IMG/VR virus record: IMGVR_UViG_3300043447_000100
Coordinates: 119,667-183,666 of that record
DNA: 64,000 nucleotides
DNA from: a virus
Lineage: Duplodnaviria > Caudoviricetes
Direction: 5' to 3' (one strand)
Position numbers and translations under genes: made by a program. Under the pieces are notes generated by a model. That model made no database searches and was not told the DNA's origin. It was given only the letters and a program-made list of their open reading frames with translations. This document shows positions 56,704-64,000 of this stretch, in pieces (the stretch's first letter is position 1; every line of letters begins with the position of its first letter).

Positions 56704-56746
56704 TACTAAAGTAGTACTTGACAATAAATCAGCCTCCTGATACAAT
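56700..56746 (+). promoter_or_regulatory. Early promoter with GTAATACT palindrome
   Basis: GTAATACTAAAGTAGTAC abutting TTGACA-17-TACAAT. Confidence 0.75.
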
Positions 56747-56777
56747 ATCTACTTAGATAGTTGATAAGGAGATTGAA

Positions 56778-57284
56778 ATGACAGATATCGTTGAAAAGGC
56801 CAGAGTATTTGCTACGGCGGCCCACGCGGCTGTCTCTCAACTCCGCAAGTACACCTTCGAACCCTACATCGTTCACCCCGCAGAAGTTGTTAGCATCGTT
56901 CGCTCGGTGCCACACACTCCTGAAATGTTAGCGGCTGCTTGGTTACACGACACAGTAGAAGACACCGGCGTTAGTATCGAGACAATTCGTGCTGAATTCG
57001 GCGACAAGGTAGCAGAGTTAGTCGGATGGTTAACGGACGTTAGTCGCCCTGAACAAGGCAACCGTGCCGTTCGTAAGGCAATCGACCGTGCTCACACAGC
57101 ACAAGCGCCTGCCGAAGCTCAGACAGTTAAGTTAGCCGACTTAATCTCTAACACAAGATCAATCATGGCACACGATGAAAAGTTTGCCAAGACCTACTTA
57201 GCAGAGAAGCGGGCTTTATTAGAAGTAATGACTAAGGGTGATGCTACATTGATGGCAATCGCTCGTAAGAACATCGAGATATAG
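56778..57284 (+). CDS. HD-domain small alarmone hydrolase-like ((p)ppGpp hydrolase/Mesh1 type)
   Basis: AH..Q.RK..EPYIVHP, WLHDTVEDT, VKLADLISN. Confidence 0.85.
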   Translation: MTDIVEKARVFATAAHAAVSQLRKYTFEPYIVHPAEVVSIVRSVPHTPEMLAAAWLHDTVEDTGVSIETIRAEFGDKVAELVGWLTDVSRPEQGNRAVRKAIDRAHTAQAPAEAQTVKLADLISNTRSIMAHDEKFAKTYLAEKRALLEVMTKGDATLMAIARKNIEI

Positions 57285-57293
57285 GAGTCTATT

Positions 57294-57482
57294 ATGGATA
57301 CTCGTGTTGAAATTCGACCAGCAACTAAGGAATATCCAAAATATCAAGTTCTGGTTTTTGAAATGAAATTTGATACCATTCGGCAATCGTCTGGATGGGT
57401 GTTGAAGATGTGTAAAGAATACCGTCTACGAGCCGATGCTGAGACATTCGCTACTCGTTACGGCTGGACTAAGGAAATTTAA
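57294..57482 (+). CDS. Hypothetical protein
   Basis: AGGAG RBS; 62 aa. Confidence 0.55.
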   Translation: MDTRVEIRPATKEYPKYQVLVFEMKFDTIRQSSGWVLKMCKEYRLRADAETFATRYGWTKEI

Positions 57483-57483
57483 A

Positions 57484-58506
57484 ATGCGTAAACTAGCAAC
57501 TATTAGACGAATTGATGCTATCGACCCTATCCCGGGCGCTGATGCTATTGAAGTAGCAACAGTCGGCGGCTGGAAAGTAGTCGCTAAACGGGGTGAGTAC
57601 AGGCCTGGTGACATGGCTGTTTACTGTGAAGTGGACTCATGGATTCCATCTAAGCTGGCTCCGTTCTTGACTAAGCCTGGTCATTTCCCCAAGACATTCG
57701 AAGGAATCGAAGGTGAACGACTAAAGACTATCAAGCTACGTGGTCAACTATCACAAGGCTTGCTACTCAACCTGGATCATGTTATCCCTGAAACACACTC
57801 ATTCGGTGAAGATTCAGATGTGACAGAGTATCTTGGTATCGTCAAGTGGGAAAAGGCAATGCCTGCTCAACTAGCGGGCACTGCTAAGGGTAACTTCCCT
57901 TCACTTATCCCTAAGACTGACCAAGAACGTGTTCAAAACTTGAAGAAGGAAATCGAGGCTTGCCAAGGACTGACTTTTGAAGTCACTGAAAAGTACGAAG
58001 GTTCTTCAATGACTGTTTACCGTTCAGTCGGTGATTCAGGTGAGATGGAATTTGGCGTATGCTCACGTAATCTAAATTTGAAAGAAGTTGAGGGCAACAC
58101 TTTCTGGGATGTAGCACGTGCCGAAGACATTGAAGCTAAGATGATTGCCGTGGACGAGTTCTGGTCATTTGCTATTCAAGGTGAATTGATTGGGCCGGGA
58201 ATTCAAGGCAACATCTACGGATTGACTAAACCTCAATTCTGTGTGTTTGATGTGTACGACATTCAGACAGGTAAGTACCTACCGCCGAAAGCTCGTAGAG
58301 AGTTGATTGAGCGTATGGGCTTGCGCCATGTTGCTGTGTTGAACGAAGAATATGTACTAACACAAACAGTCGAAGAAATCATTGCTACTGCTGAAGGGCA
58401 ATCAACAATGGCCGCGACTGAACGTGAAGGCATCGTATTCAAGCAAGTAGATGGCGGTATTACTTTCAAGGCTATTTCTAACCGGTACCTATTAAACGAG
58501 AAGTAA
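57484..58506 (+). CDS. ATP-dependent RNA ligase, DRB0094/Rnl5-like
   Basis: N-terminal OB (I.PI.GADAIE, LRGQLSQGL), TEKYEGSS, QGELIGPGIQGN, EGIVFK, FKAIS. Confidence 0.9.
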   Translation: MRKLATIRRIDAIDPIPGADAIEVATVGGWKVVAKRGEYRPGDMAVYCEVDSWIPSKLAPFLTKPGHFPKTFEGIEGERLKTIKLRGQLSQGLLLNLDHVIPETHSFGEDSDVTEYLGIVKWEKAMPAQLAGTAKGNFPSLIPKTDQERVQNLKKEIEACQGLTFEVTEKYEGSSMTVYRSVGDSGEMEFGVCSRNLNLKEVEGNTFWDVARAEDIEAKMIAVDEFWSFAIQGELIGPGIQGNIYGLTKPQFCVFDVYDIQTGKYLPPKARRELIERMGLRHVAVLNEEYVLTQTVEEIIATAEGQSTMAATEREGIVFKQVDGGITFKAISNRYLLNEK

Positions 58507-58507
58507 A

Positions 58508-58849
58508 ATGAGTAAGCGTAAAATCCTAGATGTAGAAGTAAACGACTACATCGACTTCTATGATGTACTTGATGGCAAGACTCCTGACGGTGTTGTTGAA
58601 GCCATGAAGTACTATCAAGAACACTACAAGGGTCGTGATATTTACTTTGATATTCAGTCATACGGATATGATGGCGGGAAAGAATTGAAACTCAGGGAAC
58701 GCCGTCCAGAGACTGATAAAGAGTTTGAGAAGCGTACTCAGGCAGAAAAGAAAGAACGTGCCGTCAAGCGAGAAGCTAAGGCAGTAAAAGAAGCCAGAGA
58801 ACGTGCTGAGTATGAACGATTGAAAAAGAAGTTCGGAGAACTATCGTGA
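58508..58849 (+). CDS. Hypothetical protein with basic coiled coil
   Basis: ETDKE..EYERLKKKFG. Confidence 0.65.
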   Translation: MSKRKILDVEVNDYIDFYDVLDGKTPDGVVEAMKYYQEHYKGRDIYFDIQSYGYDGGKELKLRERRPETDKEFEKRTQAEKKERAVKREAKAVKEARERAEYERLKKKFGELS

Positions 58850-59022
58850 GTAAACAAGTAGTCTATAAAGGTTCTGTCTTAGCGAACGGCTCACAAGCCC
58901 TTGAACTTTGGCAGAACTGGCAGAAAGCAAAAGCGGATCGTAATCAACATCAAAAGAAGTTGGACGATCATATGAAACAACTAGATAAGAATCTAGCAGA
59001 CCTTTTAGAGAGATACAAATGA
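58846..59022 (+). CDS. Small hypothetical protein (58 aa, not in ORF track)
   Basis: GTGA overlap, GGAG RBS; MSKQVVYKGSVLANGS... Confidence 0.55.
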   Translation: MSKQVVYKGSVLANGSQALELWQNWQKAKADRNQHQKKLDDHMKQLDKNLADLLERYK

Positions 59023-59069
59023 TTTAGAACTTTTTCTTATGGTAGCACTTACTTACCACTAAATAAGAT

Positions 59070-59723
59070 ATGAAACAAACATTAGCATATCTATACAAGT
59101 GGACTGAATTATCAACAAGTAAGTGGTACATTGGTGTCCGCTTCGCAAAAGGCTGACATCCGAATGATGGTTACATCTGTTCTAGTAGATTAGTAAAACC
59201 TATGATTACTGAGAATAGTGAAAACTGGAAAAGAGAAGTTCTATGTATTGGGTTGCCGGACGATATGATTTCTTTGGAAGAAAAATATCTCTCGTTACTT
59301 GACGCAAAAAATGACCCGATGAGTTACAATCAACATAACGGCGACGGTGACTTTAGATTCAAGGGATATGGTGGAAATGACTCGCCCTTGAAGGGAAGAG
59401 TCGGTAACAGAAAAGGCAAAAAGAATACACCAGAACATAATGCCAAGAACTCAGCCGCTCGTAAGGGTAAGCCTGCGCCTAACAAAGGCAAGCCAATGAG
59501 TGATGCTCAAAGAGAAAAATTGAGAATAGCAAATACTGGGGTCCCTAAAACAAAAGAAGCAAATAAGAAAAGATCAGAAGCACTAAAGGGTAGAACTAAA
59601 ACAGATGAACATAAAGCAAATGTGTCGGCCGCTCTAACTGGTAAACAACGCCCGAAAGTAGTATGTAGATTATCAGACAGAAAAGAAATGTGTTTAGCTC
59701 ACTTCAACAGGTATGTAAAATGA
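59070..59723 (+). pseudogene. GIY-YIG/NUMOD3 homing endonuclease with in-frame TGA at codon 29
   Basis: AYLYKW..KWYIGVR..KG*HPNDGYICSS continues in frame into ORF 59202; NUMOD3-like basic repeats; TGA 59154-59156. Confidence 0.75.
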
Positions 59724-60634
59724 TAACAAAAGATTTGATAAAGAAATATGTGACTGATAATCCTAAGTTAGTATCAATGAAGAACTCGGCAAAGTATCCT
59801 GAACTATATGTTTTGAAATACAAAAAGTCAGTATTCTATGATAACACCTGGGATGAATTCTTGGAACATTGTAGAGGAACGGTTGTAGATAAAGATTTCA
59901 ATCTAATATCTTATCCGTTCAAAAAAATATATAACTACAATGTAGAAGCTCGTGCTCCTGTGTTTGACGACACTGATGAAGTTTTGGCTTTCCGCAAAGT
60001 CAATGGGTTTATGTGTTCGGCAACTTGGCACAACGGTGATGTGTTGGTTAGTACTACTGGTACTACTGACTCGGAGTTTGTTGGCTATGCTAAGGAAATG
60101 ATGACCAAGCATATGCCTTGGGCCGACTGGCAAATGGCATTCAGTTCAGCAGACATGATCGGCTTGACTGTTATGTTTGAATGTGTACACCCAATGGACC
60201 CACACATCGTTCCTGAAAAGGAAGGTATGTATGTTCTGGGCTACCGTGAAAATCGGTGGGACTCTAAAGTAGGTCACTCTGAAACTGTGTTGGACATCAT
60301 GAGCGATACATTCAAGTGCTATGTGCCAGAGTGCTACCGCGTAACAGTGGGAGAACTAAAGCGGATGGCAAAGGATGTCAAGCACGAAGGTTTTGTATTC
60401 TATCACGCAGATGGTCGCTCGGCTAAAATCAAGTCGCCATACTATCTAACAAGTAAGTGGGTTGCCCGCAATCCTCGTACTGACAAGTTAGTGGACTTGA
60501 AGCGTGATATCAAACAAAACTTGGACGAAGAGTACTACCCACTGGTAGATGCTATTCGTGCTAACATTGTTGAATACACAGCTATGGACGAGCAAGCTCG
60601 ACTAGCTTGGGTGCGTAACTTTGTGAGCAAGTAA
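59720..60634 (+). CDS. T4 Rnl1-like RNA ligase
   Basis: CRG..PFKKIYNY, KVNG motif I, STTGT, FE, EGFV, KIKSPYY. Confidence 0.82.
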   Translation: MITKDLIKKYVTDNPKLVSMKNSAKYPELYVLKYKKSVFYDNTWDEFLEHCRGTVVDKDFNLISYPFKKIYNYNVEARAPVFDDTDEVLAFRKVNGFMCSATWHNGDVLVSTTGTTDSEFVGYAKEMMTKHMPWADWQMAFSSADMIGLTVMFECVHPMDPHIVPEKEGMYVLGYRENRWDSKVGHSETVLDIMSDTFKCYVPECYRVTVGELKRMAKDVKHEGFVFYHADGRSAKIKSPYYLTSKWVARNPRTDKLVDLKRDIKQNLDEEYYPLVDAIRANIVEYTAMDEQARLAWVRNFVSK

Positions 60635-60636
60635 CT

Positions 60637-60849
60637 ATGACAGAAGTACAAGCCCTACTCAATCACGAAGCGTGGTTGAGTAACAACGGAAAAGGTGATA
60701 GTGAGGAACGCAAGGTCGTACACAGGCAAATCATTGCTCTGCGCGGTACTACTTTCCCTGGCTGTCATGGCGATGATGATTGTAGTACCTATGTGCTTAG
60801 CACTTGTCCGTTTAGAATCGACTGTGGTAGTAGTTTAGATTTGGACTAA
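60637..60849 (+). CDS. Small Cys-rich hypothetical protein
   Basis: Tightly packed ORF. Confidence 0.5.
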   Translation: MTEVQALLNHEAWLSNNGKGDSEERKVVHRQIIALRGTTFPGCHGDDDCSTYVLSTCPFRIDCGSSLDLD

Positions 60850-60890
60850 GTCCTGTTGACAACTACTACTATCAGTGTTACAATGTACCT

Positions 60891-61103
60891 ATGAACAAAT
60901 TAGAAGAACTTAAAAAACAACTGTATGTTGACACAAGCGGTCGCTGGGTTTCTACTACAGACTTCGATGGTGCGCTTGAGTTACTTGTAGTTGATATCAT
61001 TCAACATATTACGATCAATGCTACTGCGTTTGATGGTGATGTACAACGAGGCATGAAGAATGCCGCTCGACTTGTAAAAGAGTTCTATCTGGAGACTCCT
61101 TGA
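60891..61103 (+). CDS. Hypothetical protein
   Basis: ATG 6 nt after TTGACA-17-TACAAT (60856-60884). Confidence 0.6.
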   Translation: MNKLEELKKQLYVDTSGRWVSTTDFDGALELLVVDIIQHITINATAFDGDVQRGMKNAARLVKEFYLETP

Positions 61104-61110
61104 GGATGAA

Positions 61111-61326
61111 ATGTACGATGCTGGTGTAACTGCATTAGTCGAGGCATTGAATACTCAACACCCATGGGAAGACTGGTGGGCATGGTATCCCGTGACTACG
61201 ATAGGTGGTCATCGTGTATGGGGTAAAAAGATTAGTCGCCGTGTAAAGATGAAGTACGGCGATCAACGATTGAACTTAGAGTACGAATACGGTACCGTGT
61301 TTGATATCTTACAGGAAGCAAAATGA
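61111..61326 (+). CDS. Hypothetical protein
   Basis: WWAWYPV..G..VW motif; GAGG RBS. Confidence 0.6.
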   Translation: MYDAGVTALVEALNTQHPWEDWWAWYPVTTIGGHRVWGKKISRRVKMKYGDQRLNLEYEYGTVFDILQEAK

Positions 61327-61553
61327 ACGAACGAATTAAACTACTTGCTGAACAGGCTACTAAACACTATCCGGCAACAGAATCATCTGGTGAGTTTTCA
61401 ACCTTTGATAAAGAAAAGTTCGCCGAGTTGATTGTGATGGAATGTTCGCAATTCTTAGTAGACAAGTTTGATTTTTGTGGCAACGAAATTCTTGCCGCTG
61501 AAGAACTAGCTAAGAATTTTGGTGTTAAATGGACTTTTAGGATTGAAGAATGA
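61323..61553 (+). CDS. Hypothetical protein
   Basis: MNERIKLLAEQA..EKFAELIV.EC; ATGA overlaps. Confidence 0.65.
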   Translation: MNERIKLLAEQATKHYPATESSGEFSTFDKEKFAELIVMECSQFLVDKFDFCGNEILAAEELAKNFGVKWTFRIEE

Positions 61554-61891
61554 ATCACGAAGTAGAACGATACGAAGGCGAGTTACGAACACTACGAGAG
61601 AAGGTAGCGGTCTATGAAGACCTCTTACACTCACTTCAAATGTATGCCGCTGTTACTCTTGACCAAGCCGCTATTGCTCACGCTCTTAGTATTATCTGTG
61701 ACTGGAGTTATGCTCATCGTGCGGGTAACGGTGAGCCAACAGAAGAAGAACAAGAGCGTATGGTACGCCGACAGTTTGATAGACTAAAGAACGGCGAGTA
61801 CAGAGATAGCGTGTGGAACAGTGGTGTTGATACACAATTCAAACAAGCAGGCAAGTTATCCAAAAATGTTCCCAAGAAAAAAAAGCGGTGA
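61550..61891 (+). CDS. Hypothetical protein
   Basis: WSYAHRAGNGE motif. Confidence 0.6.
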   Translation: MNHEVERYEGELRTLREKVAVYEDLLHSLQMYAAVTLDQAAIAHALSIICDWSYAHRAGNGEPTEEEQERMVRRQFDRLKNGEYRDSVWNSGVDTQFKQAGKLSKNVPKKKKR

Positions 61892-61920
61892 TACAATCAC
61901 TGTATAAATAAAAAAGTTAT

Positions 61921-61996
61921 TCCCTGATAGCTCAGACGGTAGAGCGACGGACTGTTAATCCGCAGGTCCCTGGTTCGATCCCAGGTCGGGGAGCCA
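61921..61996 (+). tRNA. tRNA-Asn(GTT)
   Basis: Canonical cloverleaf, GCCA. Confidence 0.93.
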
Positions 61997-62020
61997 TCTA
62001 ACATAAACGAAAGAAACAAA

Positions 62021-62179
62021 ATGACTTGTAGAGGTTACGATCCTAAAGCAGTAAAAGTTGGTAAGCCAGTTAAAGCACTAGCCGCTACTTACCTTAATAA
62101 AGATCAGCGCAGAGCCTTCATTAAAAGCTATGTAAAGATTCTTGAAAGTGAATTACGCACTTCCGGCGGCAAGAAGTAA
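62021..62179 (+). CDS. Small basic protein (52 aa, not in ORF track)
   Basis: MTCRGYDPKAVKVGKPVK..GGKK between two tRNAs. Confidence 0.55.
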   Translation: MTCRGYDPKAVKVGKPVKALAATYLNKDQRRAFIKSYVKILESELRTSGGKK

Positions 62180-62190
62180 TAAAGAATAAA

Positions 62191-62265
62191 GCCCGATTAG
62201 CTCAGGGGTAGAGCAACCGCCTTGTAAGCGGTAGGTCGTCTGTTCGAATCAGACATTGGGCACCA
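62191..62265 (+). tRNA. tRNA-Thr(TGT)
   Basis: Loop CTTGTAA; ACCA. Confidence 0.93.
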
Positions 62266-62267
62266 AC

Positions 62268-62302
62268 AAAAAAGCAGAGCATAAAAACTCTGCTTTTTCT
62301 TT
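62268..62302 (+). terminator. Rho-independent terminator
   Basis: AAAAAGCAGAG-cataaaaa-CTCTGCTTTTT. Confidence 0.8.
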
Positions 62303-62311
62303 CTAAAACAC

Positions 62312-62598
62312 TTGACACAAAATACACTTCCTGATACAATAGAGCCTTAGACAGTTGAGAAACAAACTGGCGTTAGTATAATGGATAATACAGTGAGCTT
62401 CTACCTCACGAATGTGGGTTCGATTCCTGCACGCCGGACCAGTTCTTTGATTTGTTGTTAAAATACAACACAAAAGTAGTTGACAATAAATCAAAGACCT
62501 GATACAATATGTATCTAGTCAGTTGAAAAGGTGATCGAGCCTAACAACTAAAATTCTTTAACAAAGTGCTTGACAATAAATCTAAGACCTGCTACAAT
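62312..62598 (+). promoter_or_regulatory. Three sigma70 promoters for second tRNA cluster
   Basis: TTGACA-17-TACAAT at 62312, 62480, 62570; palindrome 62453-62470. Confidence 0.85.
62367..62441 (+). tRNA. tRNA-Arg(TCT)
   Basis: GTGAG-CTTCTAC-CTCAC; ACCA. Confidence 0.88.
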
Positions 62599-62671
62599 AG
62601 AGGCTTAGTTGATTAAGTCAACACTAGTTCTTTAACAAGTTAAATTTCACATGGTCCCGTTAAGTTCGGGA

Positions 62672-63044
62672 TACCATGTGTGAGTACATTATCATCAATA
62701 GGATGTAGAGTCTATGGGTCATGCCTGTAGGAGTTCTCCTAGCGATGATAAGGTTACCGAATCCGTTAGGGTTCTATTGAGGTTACGCTGACCGGCGGGT
62801 CGGGCCTCCTTAGAGCTATGAAGCAGATAAACGGATAACAGAGGGACACAAGGTGTACTGCCCGTGAAACGGCTACATTCTCCCCGAGTTATATGTCAGT
62901 TGTCAGAAAAGCGACGGTGTTATTCGGCAGTAATGTTTGTGAGCGAAAAGACATTCGCAAGTCCCAGACAAGATACATGGCATCTATAAGCCCATGTTGA
63001 GTTGCAGTCATCACGAACCCTAAGAAATGTATTCACACATGGTA
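62672..63044 (+). ncRNA. Large (~370 nt) unknown structured RNA
   Basis: 19-bp closing helix 62672-90/63026-44, several internal helices, no ORF, behind strong promoters. Confidence 0.7.
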
Positions 63045-63050
63045 AATATT

Positions 63051-63135
63051 GCGACTGTGGTGTAATCGGTAGCCACAGGAGACTTAAAATCTCCCGCGTA
63101 ATTGCGTGTCGGTTCGAGTCCGACCAGTCGCACCA
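63051..63135 (+). tRNA. tRNA-Leu(TAA)
   Basis: GGAGA-CTTAAAA-TCTCC; variable arm; ACCA. Confidence 0.92.
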
Positions 63136-63142
63136 ATATTAT

Positions 63143-63217
63143 GGAGCTATCGTCTATCGGTTAGGACACAAGGTTTTCATCCTTGGAAGCGGGGTTCGAT
63201 TCCCCGTAGCTCTTCCA
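63143..63217 (+). tRNA. tRNA-Glu(TTC)
   Basis: CAAGG-TTTTCAT-CCTTG; CCA. Confidence 0.88.
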
Positions 63218-63262
63218 AATAAATATCACAGTAGTGATACAGTGATAAGTAATAGTATATTT

Positions 63263-63339
63263 GGGTCGTTAGCTCAGTTGGTACGAGCGTCTGCCTTACA
63301 CGCAGAATGTCGGCGGTTCGAGCCCGTCACGACCCACCA
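63263..63339 (+). tRNA. tRNA-Val(TAC)
   Basis: Loop CTTACAC; ACCA. Confidence 0.93.
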
Positions 63340-63345
63340 AATAAT

Positions 63346-63430
63346 GCGGATGTGGCGTAATTGGTAGCCGCACCAGATTTAGGTTCTGGCGAGTAAAATC
63401 GTGTGAGTTCGAGTCTCACCATCCGCACCA
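63346..63430 (+). tRNA. tRNA-Leu(TAG)
   Basis: CCAGA-TTTAGGT-TCTGG; ACCA. Confidence 0.93.
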
Positions 63431-63448
63431 ATCATTCTTGGAGTAAAC

Positions 63449-63871
63449 ATGCCAGGATTATATAAAGAAAGAACTTGTCCAAATTGTGGCAAGATCAAAC
63501 GAATGCACCCAGATCAGTTATGCTGTAGTCAAACTTGTGCTAGTGAATTGGCACGAAAAGACAAAATAAATCGTTGGCTATTAGGTGAAGAAATAAAAAC
63601 ATCTAGGGGCAAAACGAGTACTGCTAGATGGATTCGTGATTACATGCTAGAACAGTCAAATTTCAAATGTTCTAAATGTAACTGGGGTGAGACAAATTTA
63701 TTTACTGGAAAAATCCCTCTAGAATTAGAACACAAAGATGGCAATTTTATGAATAATAAAATTGATAATCTAGAAGTTTTATGTCCTAACTGTCACGCTT
63801 TAACTGCTACTTATAAAGGAGCCAATAAGAGTGCCGGCAGACCTAGGGCGAAATATTATAGAGGAACATGA
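63449..63871 (+). CDS. HNH endonuclease within tRNA cluster
   Basis: CPNC..CSQTC, CSKC, LELEHKDGN..NN..NLEVLCPNCH. Confidence 0.9.
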   Translation: MPGLYKERTCPNCGKIKRMHPDQLCCSQTCASELARKDKINRWLLGEEIKTSRGKTSTARWIRDYMLEQSNFKCSKCNWGETNLFTGKIPLELEHKDGNFMNNKIDNLEVLCPNCHALTATYKGANKSAGRPRAKYYRGT

Positions 63872-63951
63872 TAATACACTGATGTGTGACCGCGTCATTC
63901 ACAGAGTGAGAGGCCTACTAAAGCTGTAGGATGTCAGTGTAGTTTTTATAT

Positions 63952-64000
63952 GGATGTGTAGGAAAATTGGTAACCCCAGGAGACTGTAAATCTTCCGCCT
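63952..64000 (+). tRNA. tRNA-Tyr(GTA), truncated by window end
   Basis: GGATGTG, D-arm, GGAGA-CTGTAAA-TCTTC. Confidence 0.75.

Noticed and set aside
62367-62441. Amber suppressor tRNA (CTA visible in the loop)
   Set aside because: The 5-bp stem fixes the loop as CT-TCT-AC, so the anticodon is TCT (Arg).
62672-63044. tmRNA or RNase P RNA
   Set aside because: No tRNA-like ends with CCA, no clear tag frame, no GAGGAAAGUCC-type P4 motif; left as unknown RNA.
1-64000. Genome-wide UGA or UAG reassignment suggested by two in-frame TGAs
   Set aside because: Many genes end at TGA with ATGA coupling (1716, 11183, 14029, 36407, 51654) or at TAG, and long conserved genes are uninterrupted in the standard code.

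Overview
A 64-kb segment of a large lytic tailed phage (T4-like replication core, jumbo-phage style; standard genetic code). 1-19 kb: replication/recombination genes (ssb, uvsX, uvsY, uvsW, primase, helicase, a miniature DnaE-like protein, DNA methylase, GREB1-like glycosyltransferase) and small late genes. 19-40 kb: a 2258-aa repetitive tail fibre, nrdA/nrdB separated by cargo (isocitrate lyase, autotransporter, GNAT-like genes, HNH), glutaredoxin, PAAR, cell-wall hydrolase, desaturase. 41.7-46.7 kb: a 22-tRNA operon interleaved with structured ncRNAs. 45-52 kb: lipid/oxygenase cargo. 52-61 kb: RNA-repair/translation-rescue genes. 62-64 kb: a second tRNA cluster with a ~370-nt structured RNA. 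The most striking unannotated signal is an apparent translation-stress circuit. (1) A 59-codon leader ORF using all 20 amino acids and 39 different codons overlaps an antiterminator/terminator switch directly upstream of the main tRNA operon. (2) Five AGR...CAGCAA...CTG clamp RNAs carry permuted, interrupted or partial tRNA modules. (3) A release-factor gene is interrupted by an in-frame UGA at a Trp position, while the operon encodes a tRNA-Trp with the U11-A24 D-stem known to promote UGA readthrough. All calls were made by eye from motifs; no searches were run.
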